Program-made: the position numbers and the translations under genes
DNA from: an uncultured Actinomycetes bacterium
GTDB lineage: Bacteria > Actinomycetota > Actinomycetes > S36-B12 > UBA10799
Direction of reading: 5' to 3'
Length of the DNA stretch: 64,000 nucleotides
Assembly: GCA_964547485.1 (NCBI GenBank)
Contig: CAZJNU010000007.1
Span: 535-64,534 of the forward strand
The notes under the pieces: model-generated
The model's database searches: none
What the model saw: the letters and a program-made list of their open reading frames with translations, nothing else
What the model was told of the DNA's origin: nothing
Shown here: piece after piece, positions 46,427 through 54,359 of the stretch
Position numbering within the stretch: the first letter of the stretch is position 1
How the letters are laid out: each line of letters starts with the position of its first letter

Positions 46427-48028
46427 ATGAGCATCGAGCTGGGGAACGTCGCGGCGACGGTGTTGGTCGCGGTCGCGGTCGCGATGCTCGCCCGTCGCCG
46501 TGGCTGGGGAATCGCGTTACCCCTGATCGGGGTCGGCGCCCTGATGAGCGTCCTGCCAGTGGGGCCCAATGCGCCTGATTCGCCGGAGATCTTCCAAATC
46601 ATCGTGCTGGCCCCGCTGGTCTTCGGCGAGGCGCTGGGCTCGTCCTACATCGACATTCGCAAGGTGCGTCGACCGGTGATGGCGCTGGCGATCGGACTGG
46701 TGGCCGCCACCACCCTGGTGGTCGGCGGCGTCATGGCAGTGGCGGCGGTCGCCATTCCAGCGGCCATGTGCTTCGCGTTGGGCGCGGTGGTGGCGCCGAC
46801 CGATGCCGTCGCCGTCGCCACGGCCGCCCGGCGGGCGAACCTGCCGCAGCGGCTGGTGCTGATCCTCGAGGGCGAGAGTTTGGTCAACGACGGCACCGGA
46901 CTGACCGCGCTCCGGGTCGCAATCACGGCAGCCGTGGCCGGCAGCGTGACGCTGGCCGAAGCCGGCGGGATTCTGGCGCAATCGGTGCTGGTGGGCGTCG
47001 GAGTCGGGGTGGTCACCGGCTTCGTGCTGGTCTGGGTGCTGCGCCGAAGTTCGGATCTGGTGGGTTCGGGTGGCCTGCTGTTGGTGGCGCCGTTCGTGAT
47101 CTATGTGCTCGCCGAGGAATTGGGCGGATCGGAGATCCTGGCCATCGTGGTGGCCGGACTGATGGCCTCCCACTCGACCCACTCGGACCCCAGCTACCGG
47201 GGGCGGCTGCAGGTAGCCATCGTCTGGAAGCAGATCACTTTCCTGCTGCAGGCCGTGGCTTTCCTGCTGCTCGGACTCGATCTGCCGGTGGTCCTGGCTG
47301 CGCTGACCGAGTCGGAACAGACTTCGCTGCTACTGGTCGTGCCACTGGTGGTGGTGGCACTGATCGCGACCCGGCTTCTGTTCGTCACGGCCATGATCGC
47401 AACCTCAAAATGGGGACCCGGCACCCAGAAGTCGGATTGGCGGCACGGGACCGTGATGGGCTGGGCGGGCGCCCGCGGGCCAGTCTCGGCCCTCGCAGCC
47501 TTTTCGATCCCGTTCGTCGACGACGCCGGAAACCCGCTGTCGGGCCGCAACGAGATCGTCGCGGTGGCCCTGTGCACCATCGTGATCACGTTGCTGCTGG
47601 CTCCGACGCTGGGCCCGCTCGCCCGCCGGCTGGGTGTCTGCGACCCAGGCGACCCGGCGACCACCGATCGTGTTCGGATAGCGATGGCCCGTGCGGCCCT
47701 GAAGGCGCTGGACGAGGCCGAGACCGACGCCGAGGAGGACGGTCGACCGCTGCCGGATTCGATGGTCTCGCTGCTGCGAGCCAAGGAGGAGAACCGACTG
47801 GCGCGGACAACGTCTGCCGACGCCGGCCCCCAGGTTGCCGGTGCCAATCGCTCGGTACTGGTCGCGATCGCGATGGCACAGGCCGAGCAGTCCGAGATCA
47901 TCCGGCTTCGGACCGAGGAGGGGGTACCCGACTCCGTGGCCCGACCGCTGCTGGCGGAGCTGGATCGCCGAATTGCCCTGCTCCGGCAATCTCCGGCAGC
48001 GGTCAACGAACCGCCGACCGCCGCCTGA
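46427..48028 (+). CDS. Na+/H+ antiporter (CPA1 family)
   Basis: 533 aa with VVAPTDAVAV and LEGESLVNDGTGL motifs, ~12 TM helices and a C-terminal cytoplasmic tail. Confidence 0.8.
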   Translation: MSIELGNVAATVLVAVAVAMLARRRGWGIALPLIGVGALMSVLPVGPNAPDSPEIFQIIVLAPLVFGEALGSSYIDIRKVRRPVMALAIGLVAATTLVVGGVMAVAAVAIPAAMCFALGAVVAPTDAVAVATAARRANLPQRLVLILEGESLVNDGTGLTALRVAITAAVAGSVTLAEAGGILAQSVLVGVGVGVVTGFVLVWVLRRSSDLVGSGGLLLVAPFVIYVLAEELGGSEILAIVVAGLMASHSTHSDPSYRGRLQVAIVWKQITFLLQAVAFLLLGLDLPVVLAALTESEQTSLLLVVPLVVVALIATRLLFVTAMIATSKWGPGTQKSDWRHGTVMGWAGARGPVSALAAFSIPFVDDAGNPLSGRNEIVAVALCTIVITLLLAPTLGPLARRLGVCDPGDPATTDRVRIAMARAALKALDEAETDAEEDGRPLPDSMVSLLRAKEENRLARTTSADAGPQVAGANRSVLVAIAMAQAEQSEIIRLRTEEGVPDSVARPLLAELDRRIALLRQSPAAVNEPPTAA

Positions 48029-48054
48029 GGCTGGAGCCGATTCGATCGAGGAAC

Positions 48055-48076
48055 CAGGTCGTGTGCTGACGACCTG
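48055..48076 (+). terminator. perfect 8-bp hairpin after the antiporter gene
   Basis: caggtcgt gtgctg acgacctg. No U-tract follows, which is common in high-GC actinobacteria. Confidence 0.3.
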
Positions 48077-48083
48077 AATCGCG

Positions 48084-49610
48084 ATGCCCTCGCGGTCTAT
48101 GGTGTCGAACATGGCAACCGACACCGCGCCAGCTCCGGAGGCGAAGCCGAAGTCCTTCATGGGTCAACCCCGCGGGTTGAGCACCCTGTTCTTCACCGAG
48201 ATGTGGGAGCGATTCTCCTACTACGGGATGCGCGCACTGCTGGTGCTGTACCTGACCGCGCCGCTACTGTCGGACAGCCCCTCCGGACCCGGCCTAGGTA
48301 TCGACAACGGCACGGCACTGGCGATCTACGGCGCCTACTCGGGGCTCGTGTACCTGACTCCGGTTGCTGGTGGCTGGATTGCGGACCGGATGCTCGGGGC
48401 GCGGCGAACCGTGCTCTGGGGCGGCATCGTCATCGCACTTGGCCACTATTGCATGGCCGCCCCGATCGAAATCTCGTTCTGGATCGGGCTGCTGCTGATC
48501 GCGCTCGGCACCGGTCTGCTGAAGCCGAACATCTCGGCGATGGTGGGTGATCTCTACACAGAGGAGGACACCCGCCGCGACGCCGGCTTCTCGATCTTCT
48601 ACATGGGCATCAACATCGGATCCCTGTTGGCACCCCTGATCACCGGCTGGGCGGCCGCCCGGCACGGCTATCACTGGGGTTTCGCAATCGCCGGCATCGG
48701 CATGACGTTCGCGGTCATCCAGTACATCGTCGGTCGCAAGCACCTTCAAGGTGTGGGCGAGACTGCGCCCGACCCAGCCAACACCAAGCAGCGACAACGA
48801 TTTGGGCTGATGCTGGTCGGCGTAGTGATCTTCATCGGCCTGCTCACGGTGTTGCTGGGCTTCATCACCCAGGGCGGCACCGTCGACAATATGGCCTCGT
48901 CGATCACGATCTTTATCCTTATCGTGCCGTTCGTGTACTTCACCCAGCTGTTCCGGCGAAAGGACTATTCCGCTGTCGAGCGCGACCACGTCAAGGCCTT
49001 CGTCTGGGTCTTCTTGGGTGCCGCCGCCTTCTGGATGGTGTTTGAGCAGTCCGGTTCCACTCTCACGCTGTTTGCCGAGAATGTCACCAACCTGAACGTC
49101 GGGACGTTCGCAGTCCCCGCCGGTTGGCTGCAGTCCGTGAACCCCGCCTTCATCATCATCTTCGCCCCGATCTTCGCCGCCCTCTGGACGAAGTTGGCCG
49201 ACCGGGCGCCGCGCACCCCGACGAAGTTTGCGATCGCACTGTTCGGGGTCGGGATCTCCTTCGCAATCCTGATCATCCCGATGTCGGCCTACCAGAACGA
49301 CGGCACCAAGGCAGCCTTGTGGTGGTTGATCGCCACCTACCTGCTGCAGACCTGGGCCGAGCTGCTGTTGTCGCCGACGGGCCTCTCAGCCACGACCAAA
49401 CTCGCACCAGAAGGAGCCAACGGTCAGATGCTTGCACTCTGGTTCGTCGCGACCTCGGTCGGCACCAGTGTCGGCGGCCAGATCGGTAAGTTCACTGCCG
49501 ACAATCCGACGAATACCTTCATCGTGTGTGCGGTGATCACAATCGCGATCGGGGCCGTGCTGGCGATCTTCTCCAAGCGGATAGCCAAGCTCATGCACCA
49601 CGTGCACTGA
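48084..49610 (+). CDS. dtpT: POT/PTR2 family di-/tripeptide:proton symporter
   Basis: 508 aa with the signature FFTEMWERFSYYGMRALLVLYL and GGWIADR. Alternative ATG at 48111. Confidence 0.9.
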   Translation: MPSRSMVSNMATDTAPAPEAKPKSFMGQPRGLSTLFFTEMWERFSYYGMRALLVLYLTAPLLSDSPSGPGLGIDNGTALAIYGAYSGLVYLTPVAGGWIADRMLGARRTVLWGGIVIALGHYCMAAPIEISFWIGLLLIALGTGLLKPNISAMVGDLYTEEDTRRDAGFSIFYMGINIGSLLAPLITGWAAARHGYHWGFAIAGIGMTFAVIQYIVGRKHLQGVGETAPDPANTKQRQRFGLMLVGVVIFIGLLTVLLGFITQGGTVDNMASSITIFILIVPFVYFTQLFRRKDYSAVERDHVKAFVWVFLGAAAFWMVFEQSGSTLTLFAENVTNLNVGTFAVPAGWLQSVNPAFIIIFAPIFAALWTKLADRAPRTPTKFAIALFGVGISFAILIIPMSAYQNDGTKAALWWLIATYLLQTWAELLLSPTGLSATTKLAPEGANGQMLALWFVATSVGTSVGGQIGKFTADNPTNTFIVCAVITIAIGAVLAIFSKRIAKLMHHVH

Positions 49611-49615
49611 GCTTT

Positions 49616-49632
49616 CCGAGGGTCGTCCTCGG
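49616..49632 (+). terminator. short hairpin after the peptide transporter gene
   Basis: ccgagg gtcgt cctcgg begins 6 nt after the stop. Confidence 0.3.
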
Positions 49633-49680
49633 GGGTTGGTCGGAGTGCTTGCATGTATCGAAAGCGCTACACTTGGGAGT

Positions 49681-49986
49681 ATGGAACCTAGCAAGATGCT
49701 CCCGTCGATGCGCAGCCACCGCGACTTGAGTCAGGCTGAACTCGCCCGGCGCTCGGGCATCCCGCGCACTGCCATAAACGCGTACGAACGTGGTTCCCGC
49801 ACGCCAACAGCCACGACGCTTATGCGACTCGCGGAGGCCTGCGGCCTAGCGATCACCGCCACGGCCCCACCTGCCATCGACTTGACCGCGAACGCGACAA
49901 CCTTTGAACAACTCCTGGATCTCGCGGAACTGCTGCCTACGCGGCCGCGGAAGCGACTCGAGTTCCCTCCGTTGTCGAAGAGATGA
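49681..49986 (+). CDS. XRE-family helix-turn-helix protein (antitoxin-like)
   Basis: HTH LSQAELARRSGIPRTAINAYERGSRTPTATTLMRLAEACG. The start is uncertain (ATG 49681 or 49696; the track begins at TTG 49636). The stop forms an ATGA overlap with the next gene. Confidence 0.7.
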   Translation: MEPSKMLPSMRSHRDLSQAELARRSGIPRTAINAYERGSRTPTATTLMRLAEACGLAITATAPPAIDLTANATTFEQLLDLAELLPTRPRKRLEFPPLSKR

Positions 49987-50513
49987 GCGTTCTCGCCCAG
50001 CGACTGTTATCGATCGACGCGGCGCTGGACACGGCTGGTATTGCCCACGCTTTTGGCGGGGCGATTGCGCTGGCGTACTGCACCAAGGAACCGCGCGCGA
50101 CCATCGATTTGGACATCAACATCTTCATCGCCCACGAGATTGCTGATGGCGCGCTGATTGCGCTGCCACCACCTGTCCGGATCAGCGCGGCCAACCGCAG
50201 AGAGTTGGCTTCGACCGGCCAGACGCGCGCATGGTGGGACACCACTCCCCTCGATCTCTTCTTCGACACGCACCCCTTTCATCACATCGTCGCCAGTCGC
50301 GTGCGTCGGGTGCCGTTCGCCGACAGTTCCATCCCCGTGCTCGATTGCACATCTCTGGCCGTCTTCAAAGCCATGGGCAATCGGACGAAGGACTGGGCCG
50401 ATCTCGAGGCAATGGCACACGCGGGCCAACTCGAAGTGGTGGCCGTAACCGCGATGCTGAAGGACATCCTCGGCGACGATCCTCGACTGGAGCGGCTGGC
50501 CACGCTGGACTAG
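49983..50513 (+). CDS. minimal nucleotidyltransferase-fold protein (pol-beta superfamily), possible toxin/effector partner of the XRE gene
   Basis: 176 aa. AFGGAIALAYCTKEPRATIDLDINIF fits the NTase pattern hG[GS]-x9-13-Dh[DE]h. A helical C-terminal region follows. Confidence 0.55.
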   Translation: MSVLAQRLLSIDAALDTAGIAHAFGGAIALAYCTKEPRATIDLDINIFIAHEIADGALIALPPPVRISAANRRELASTGQTRAWWDTTPLDLFFDTHPFHHIVASRVRRVPFADSSIPVLDCTSLAVFKAMGNRTKDWADLEAMAHAGQLEVVAVTAMLKDILGDDPRLERLATLD

Positions 50514-50660
50514 CGAACGAGGCCGCTTGGGCAGTCCATCAGCGGTGACTCCTTAACTGCATCAGGCGGCCGGCCGAGCCAAGCTAAACAGGCGCCAGTC
50601 AATCTCTGGACAGACCGCAGCACTCCTTGTGGCTCCAACGGAGGTCAGCATGACTGCCGC

Positions 50661-50694
50661 TTAGATGTCGTGTAATATATGTCGTAGCATCTAA
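50661..50694 (+). promoter_or_regulatory. AT-rich inverted repeat upstream of the MBL-hydrolase/MarR pair (operator candidate)
   Basis: TTAGATG-n20-CATCTAA encloses the direct repeat ATGTCGT...ATGTCGT. It ends 2 nt before the RBS GGAGGA (50697-50702) and 11 nt before the ATG at 50706. Confidence 0.35.
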
Positions 50695-50705
50695 ATGGAG
50701 GATCA

Positions 50706-51569
50706 ATGAGCCCAGTTGACGCAATTGAGCGTGTGAGTGTGTTGAGTACTGGAACGGTCAGGATCAGACCCGACCACGCCGCGGCCACCTGGAAGCCTCA
50801 GATGCTGTGGATGGCCACGTCGCGGTCGTGGACTTCCCCGATGCCGATCAATGCTTTCGTGGTCGAACATCGTGACGGGGTCGTGCTCTTCGATACAGGT
50901 CAGGATCGAGCGTCAGTGACTGATCCTGGCTACTTCCCTGGCGGCATCATTGGGGCGTTCTACCGTCGCACCGCTCAAGCAGATATCGCCGAGGATGAAA
51001 CGCTTGAAGGAGGACTCGGCCGGCTTGGATACCGAATTTCCGACGTCAGCAACGTCGTGATCTCGCACCTGCACCAGGACCACATCGGCGGTCTTGCCCA
51101 ACTCGCAGGCGCGAGCATTCATGTGAGCCAAGACGAGTGGGACACTCTCGACGAGTCTGGCGCGGAACTGAAAGGTCTGATGCGCAGACACATCGACCTG
51201 CCTGGTCTGTCGTGGGTCCGGGTTCAACCGTCACCAACCAAAGATCGTGCCCTGGAACCCTTCACGCTGGCCCACGACTTGTTCGGCGACGGGAGCTTGG
51301 TGATTCTTCCCACGCCCGGTCACACGCCTGGTTCGATATCCATGCTCATCCGCAGACCTGGCCAACCGCCGCTGATCTTGGTCGGCGATCTGACCTACTC
51401 GACGCACCTCCTCGACTGCGGGCACGTCCCAGGTGCGGGCTCAAAAACGCAACTTCGGCACACAACCGCGATGGTCAATCAACTGCGCGCCAATCTCCCG
51501 GCCACAGTCGTTCTGGCTGCGCACGACCCCAACGCCGCTGAGGCGCTCGCGCAGGTCGCGCCCTCATGA
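50706..51569 (+). CDS. MBL-fold metallo-hydrolase (N-acyl-homoserine-lactonase-like)
   Basis: 287 aa with the HxHxDH motif ISHLHQDHIGG, a later PTPGHTPGS and AAHD near the C-terminus. Confidence 0.85.
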   Translation: MSPVDAIERVSVLSTGTVRIRPDHAAATWKPQMLWMATSRSWTSPMPINAFVVEHRDGVVLFDTGQDRASVTDPGYFPGGIIGAFYRRTAQADIAEDETLEGGLGRLGYRISDVSNVVISHLHQDHIGGLAQLAGASIHVSQDEWDTLDESGAELKGLMRRHIDLPGLSWVRVQPSPTKDRALEPFTLAHDLFGDGSLVILPTPGHTPGSISMLIRRPGQPPLILVGDLTYSTHLLDCGHVPGAGSKTQLRHTTAMVNQLRANLPATVVLAAHDPNAAEALAQVAPS

Positions 51570-51701
51570 CTCCCCGCCGATAGTGGCGAGTTCCGCGAGG
51601 GGGTTCGCGCCCCGCGGGTGCTTCGCTACGCTGGCAATTCGGCCGACTGATCGCCACTTTGGGCCAGTCTCCGAGGGCTACCGGCGGCGGAGGAGACGGA
51701 C

Positions 51702-52178
51702 ATGCGTTTCGCGGAGGAAGTTCGCTATCTCGTCCTGGCCGCCCAGCTCGAGGGCCGACGCCAACTGGCCCGGCAACTGCGCCCTCTCGGACTTACGCCG
51801 TCTCAAGCCGAGGTCCTGCGGGTGCTGGCCGACTATGCACCATTGACCCTCAACGGTTTAGGCCAGCTTCTGGTGTGCGAGAGCGGATCGAGCCCCAGCC
51901 GCTTGGTTGACAGAATGGTGATACGTGAGCTGGTCCACCGACAGCCGAGTGCGGCTGACGGGCGTCAAGTGGAGTTGACACTCACCCCCGCTGGGTCCGA
52001 CCTCGCCGCCCGGGTAGCGGAGGTCGAAGATGCGATGTACGCCGTCATAGATGCGGCTGCCACCCAAGATGCCAGCGCCGGCCTCGATTTCCTCCGCGCG
52101 TTTGTCTCAGGGTCGCCAGCCGGGGACGCGTTGGCCCGTCGCCAGGAGACAGCGCCGGTGGCACGCGGCGGGTCGTGA
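51702..52178 (+). CDS. MarR family transcriptional regulator
   Basis: 158 aa with LTPSQAEVLRVLADYAPLTLNGLGQLLVCESGSPSRLVDRMVIRELVHR. RBS GGAGGAG lies upstream. Confidence 0.85.
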   Translation: MRFAEEVRYLVLAAQLEGRRQLARQLRPLGLTPSQAEVLRVLADYAPLTLNGLGQLLVCESGSSPSRLVDRMVIRELVHRQPSAADGRQVELTLTPAGSDLAARVAEVEDAMYAVIDAAATQDASAGLDFLRAFVSGSPAGDALARRQETAPVARGGS

Positions 52179-52200
52179 CTGTCGTTAGGTAGTTCACGGT

Positions 52201-52216
52201 CCGGCGGCGACGCCGG
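52201..52216. terminator. short GC hairpin between convergent genes
   Basis: ccggcg gcga cgccgg. Confidence 0.25.
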
Positions 52217-52233
52217 CTTGGGTCGCGGCGGCG

Positions 52234-52929
52234 CTATGGAGCGGGAGGCGGCTCGACGTCTAGCCGGTAGCCGACGCCGGGGATGGTGATCAGATATCGG
52301 GGGTGGGCGGGATCCGGCTCTATCTTCTTGCGCAACTGTGCGGCGTAGACGCGCAGGTAGTTGGTCTGCTTGCCGTATCCCGGTCCCCACACTTCACGCA
52401 GGATGTCCGGGCCCGCCACGACCATCCCCTGCGCCCGGGCCAACACCTCCAGACAACCCCATTCGGTGGGTGTCAACCTCACCTGCTCGCCCGAGATCAG
52501 GGTCAACTCCTTGCGCGAGAGGTCGAGCGTGAAGTGCGCAGTACACAGAGTCGGGGCGCCGTGGGCGGGTTCCGCCCGCCGCAGGGCCGCGCGCACCCGG
52601 GCGAGCAGTTCCTCGAAGTCGAACGGTTTCGTCACGTAGTCATCAGCACCGGAATCCAGTGCGGTGATCTTGTCGTAGCGGTCGGCGCGGGCCGAGAGGA
52701 CCAGCACCGGTGTGGTGCTGACGGCCCGGATACTACGCAGCACCTCGATCCCGTCGATATCCGGCAGGCCGAGGTCAAGAATGACGATGTCGGTTGGGGC
52801 CGACATGAATCCCGCTATCGCCGCAGCTCCCGTGGCCGCCTCCACCACCTGGTAGCCACGTGCGGCCAGCGTGATCTGCAGGGCCCGCCGGACTTGCGGA
52901 TCATCCTCGACGAGCAGAAGTTCAGTCAC
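52234..52929 (-). CDS. kdpE: OmpR-family response regulator, KdpE-like
   Basis: 231 aa with receiver motifs LLVEDD, ILDLGLPDIDG and DDYVTKPF. The output domain EVWGPGYGKQTNYLRVYAAQLRKKIEPDPAHPRYLITIPGVGYRL matches the KdpE pattern. The GTG start forms a GTGA overlap with the kinase stop. Confidence 0.85.
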   Translation of the reverse strand: MTELLLVEDDPQVRRALQITLAARGYQVVEAATGAAAIAGFMSAPTDIVILDLGLPDIDGIEVLRSIRAVSTTPVLVLSARADRYDKITALDSGADDYVTKPFDFEELLARVRAALRRAEPAHGAPTLCTAHFTLDLSRKELTLISGEQVRLTPTEWGCLEVLARAQGMVVAGPDILREVWGPGYGKQTNYLRVYAAQLRKKIEPDPAHPRYLITIPGVGYRLDVEPPPAP

Positions 52930-54359
52930 GACGCCACCGGCAATCCGACCACCATGGTCAGGCCGCCCCGCGGTGTCGGAAGGGCGACCAAGGTGGCAGC
53001 CATCGCATCGCAGAAGCCCTTCGCGATTGCCAATCCCAGCCCGAGACCGGCGCCGCCGGTCTCACCGGAGGCGGCGAACGGCTCGAACGGGTTGGCCAGC
53101 CGTTCGGACGAAAGCCCGGGGCCGTGATCCATAACGGCCACCTCGACGCGGTCGCCGACCAACGTCGCCGAACAGATCACCGGGGTCAATGCTGGACTGT
53201 GACGAACTGCGTTGGACATCAGGTTCGCCAGCACCCGCTCCAACAGCCCGGCGTCGGCCTGCACCAGCGGCAGGTCATCGTCAATCCTCAGCAGGATCCG
53301 GTCCGAGGGGACCGACACGGCTGCACTCGCAGCGGCGCCGTCGACTGCGACCGGCGCCAGATTCGCGATCAACTGCCCCGCCTCCAACCGACTCATATCG
53401 AGCAGGTTGGCGATGAGCTCCTCGAGCCGCTTCGCCGAGGCCGCGATGGTCCCCACCAGGGCCCCCCGATCGGCCTCGTCGATACCGGCGTCCACCTCCA
53501 GTGCGGCGGCGGAGATGGAAATCGCAGCCAGCGGCGTCCGAAGATCATGACCGACCGCGGCCAGCAGTGCGGAACGCGCGCGATCCGTTGCCTCCAGTTG
53601 GCCGGCCCGGGAGGCGACTTGGCTGATGCGCCGTGACTGGTGGCTGCGCACCGCGGCCAAAGCCAGTGAATTGAAACCACGGCGGTCCTCGCCGATGACA
53701 TCCGGACCCCAGCCCTGGATCCGGAAACCGTCCACCAATGCCACCTCCACCCTGGGTGCGGAGCCACCACCAGCTGCGGTTCGGTCACCAGCTTCGGACC
53801 ACACCGCAACAGCCGCGCCCTCCGAATCCTGCAACAACAGTCGAGTGAAGGAGTACAACCGCGCTATCTGGTCCAACACCGCGGTCGGGTCCGACGCCCC
53901 CGAGGGCTCGGTGAGAGTCTCCCGAAGCACCGCCGCCTCTACCGATGCCCGCTCGGCGTCGATCCGGAGTCGAATTGCGAGAGTGACGGTGAGACTCGAC
54001 GCGACTGCTGCCACCACGAAGACCACCAACAGGATGATGTCGTCGGTGTTTTGCACGAAGAAGGTGTGGGTGGGGGGGATCAGGTACCAGTTGGCGACCC
54101 CGACCGCAACTACGGCCACCGCGATCGCGATCGCCACGTTGGTCAACGCAGCGACCAACACGACTTCCAGCATCATCAGCAGTAGACCCGAGGTGAGGGT
54201 GACCTCGGGTAGCGCCACCACCAGCCAGGTGGTGAGCCAGAGCGACAGGCCGGCGACCAGCAGCACCACCGCGACCCGGGCGTAGGCCCGATTGTCGCGC
54301 GGCGGCACGAAGACACGCGCCAGCGTCGTCCTAGCTTCGCTCACACCCGAGTATCCCAT
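52926..54359 (-). CDS. sensor histidine kinase, KdpD C-terminal type (DUF4118 membrane domain + HisKA + HATPase) lacking the KdpD N-terminal/Usp domains
   Basis: The TM block ...VANWYLIPPTHTFFVQNTDDIILLVVFVV... is DUF4118-like. The H-box is LLAAVGHDLRTPLAAI and the ATPase G-box is GGAGLGLGLAIAKG. The start is ATG 54359 or GTG 54344 (GTGA overlap with the transporter stop). The track start at 54467 would overlap the transporter by 127 nt. Confidence 0.8.
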   Translation of the reverse strand: MGYSGVSEARTTLARVFVPPRDNRAYARVAVVLLVAGLSLWLTTWLVVALPEVTLTSGLLLMMLEVVLVAALTNVAIAIAVAVVAVGVANWYLIPPTHTFFVQNTDDIILLVVFVVAAVASSLTVTLAIRLRIDAERASVEAAVLRETLTEPSGASDPTAVLDQIARLYSFTRLLLQDSEGAAVAVWSEAGDRTAAGGGSAPRVEVALVDGFRIQGWGPDVIGEDRRGFNSLALAAVRSHQSRRISQVASRAGQLEATDRARSALLAAVGHDLRTPLAAISISAAALEVDAGIDEADRGALVGTIAASAKRLEELIANLLDMSRLEAGQLIANLAPVAVDGAAASAAVSVPSDRILLRIDDDLPLVQADAGLLERVLANLMSNAVRHSPALTPVICSATLVGDRVEVAVMDHGPGLSSERLANPFEPFAASGETGGAGLGLGLAIAKGFCDAMAATLVALPTPRGGLTMVVGLPVAS

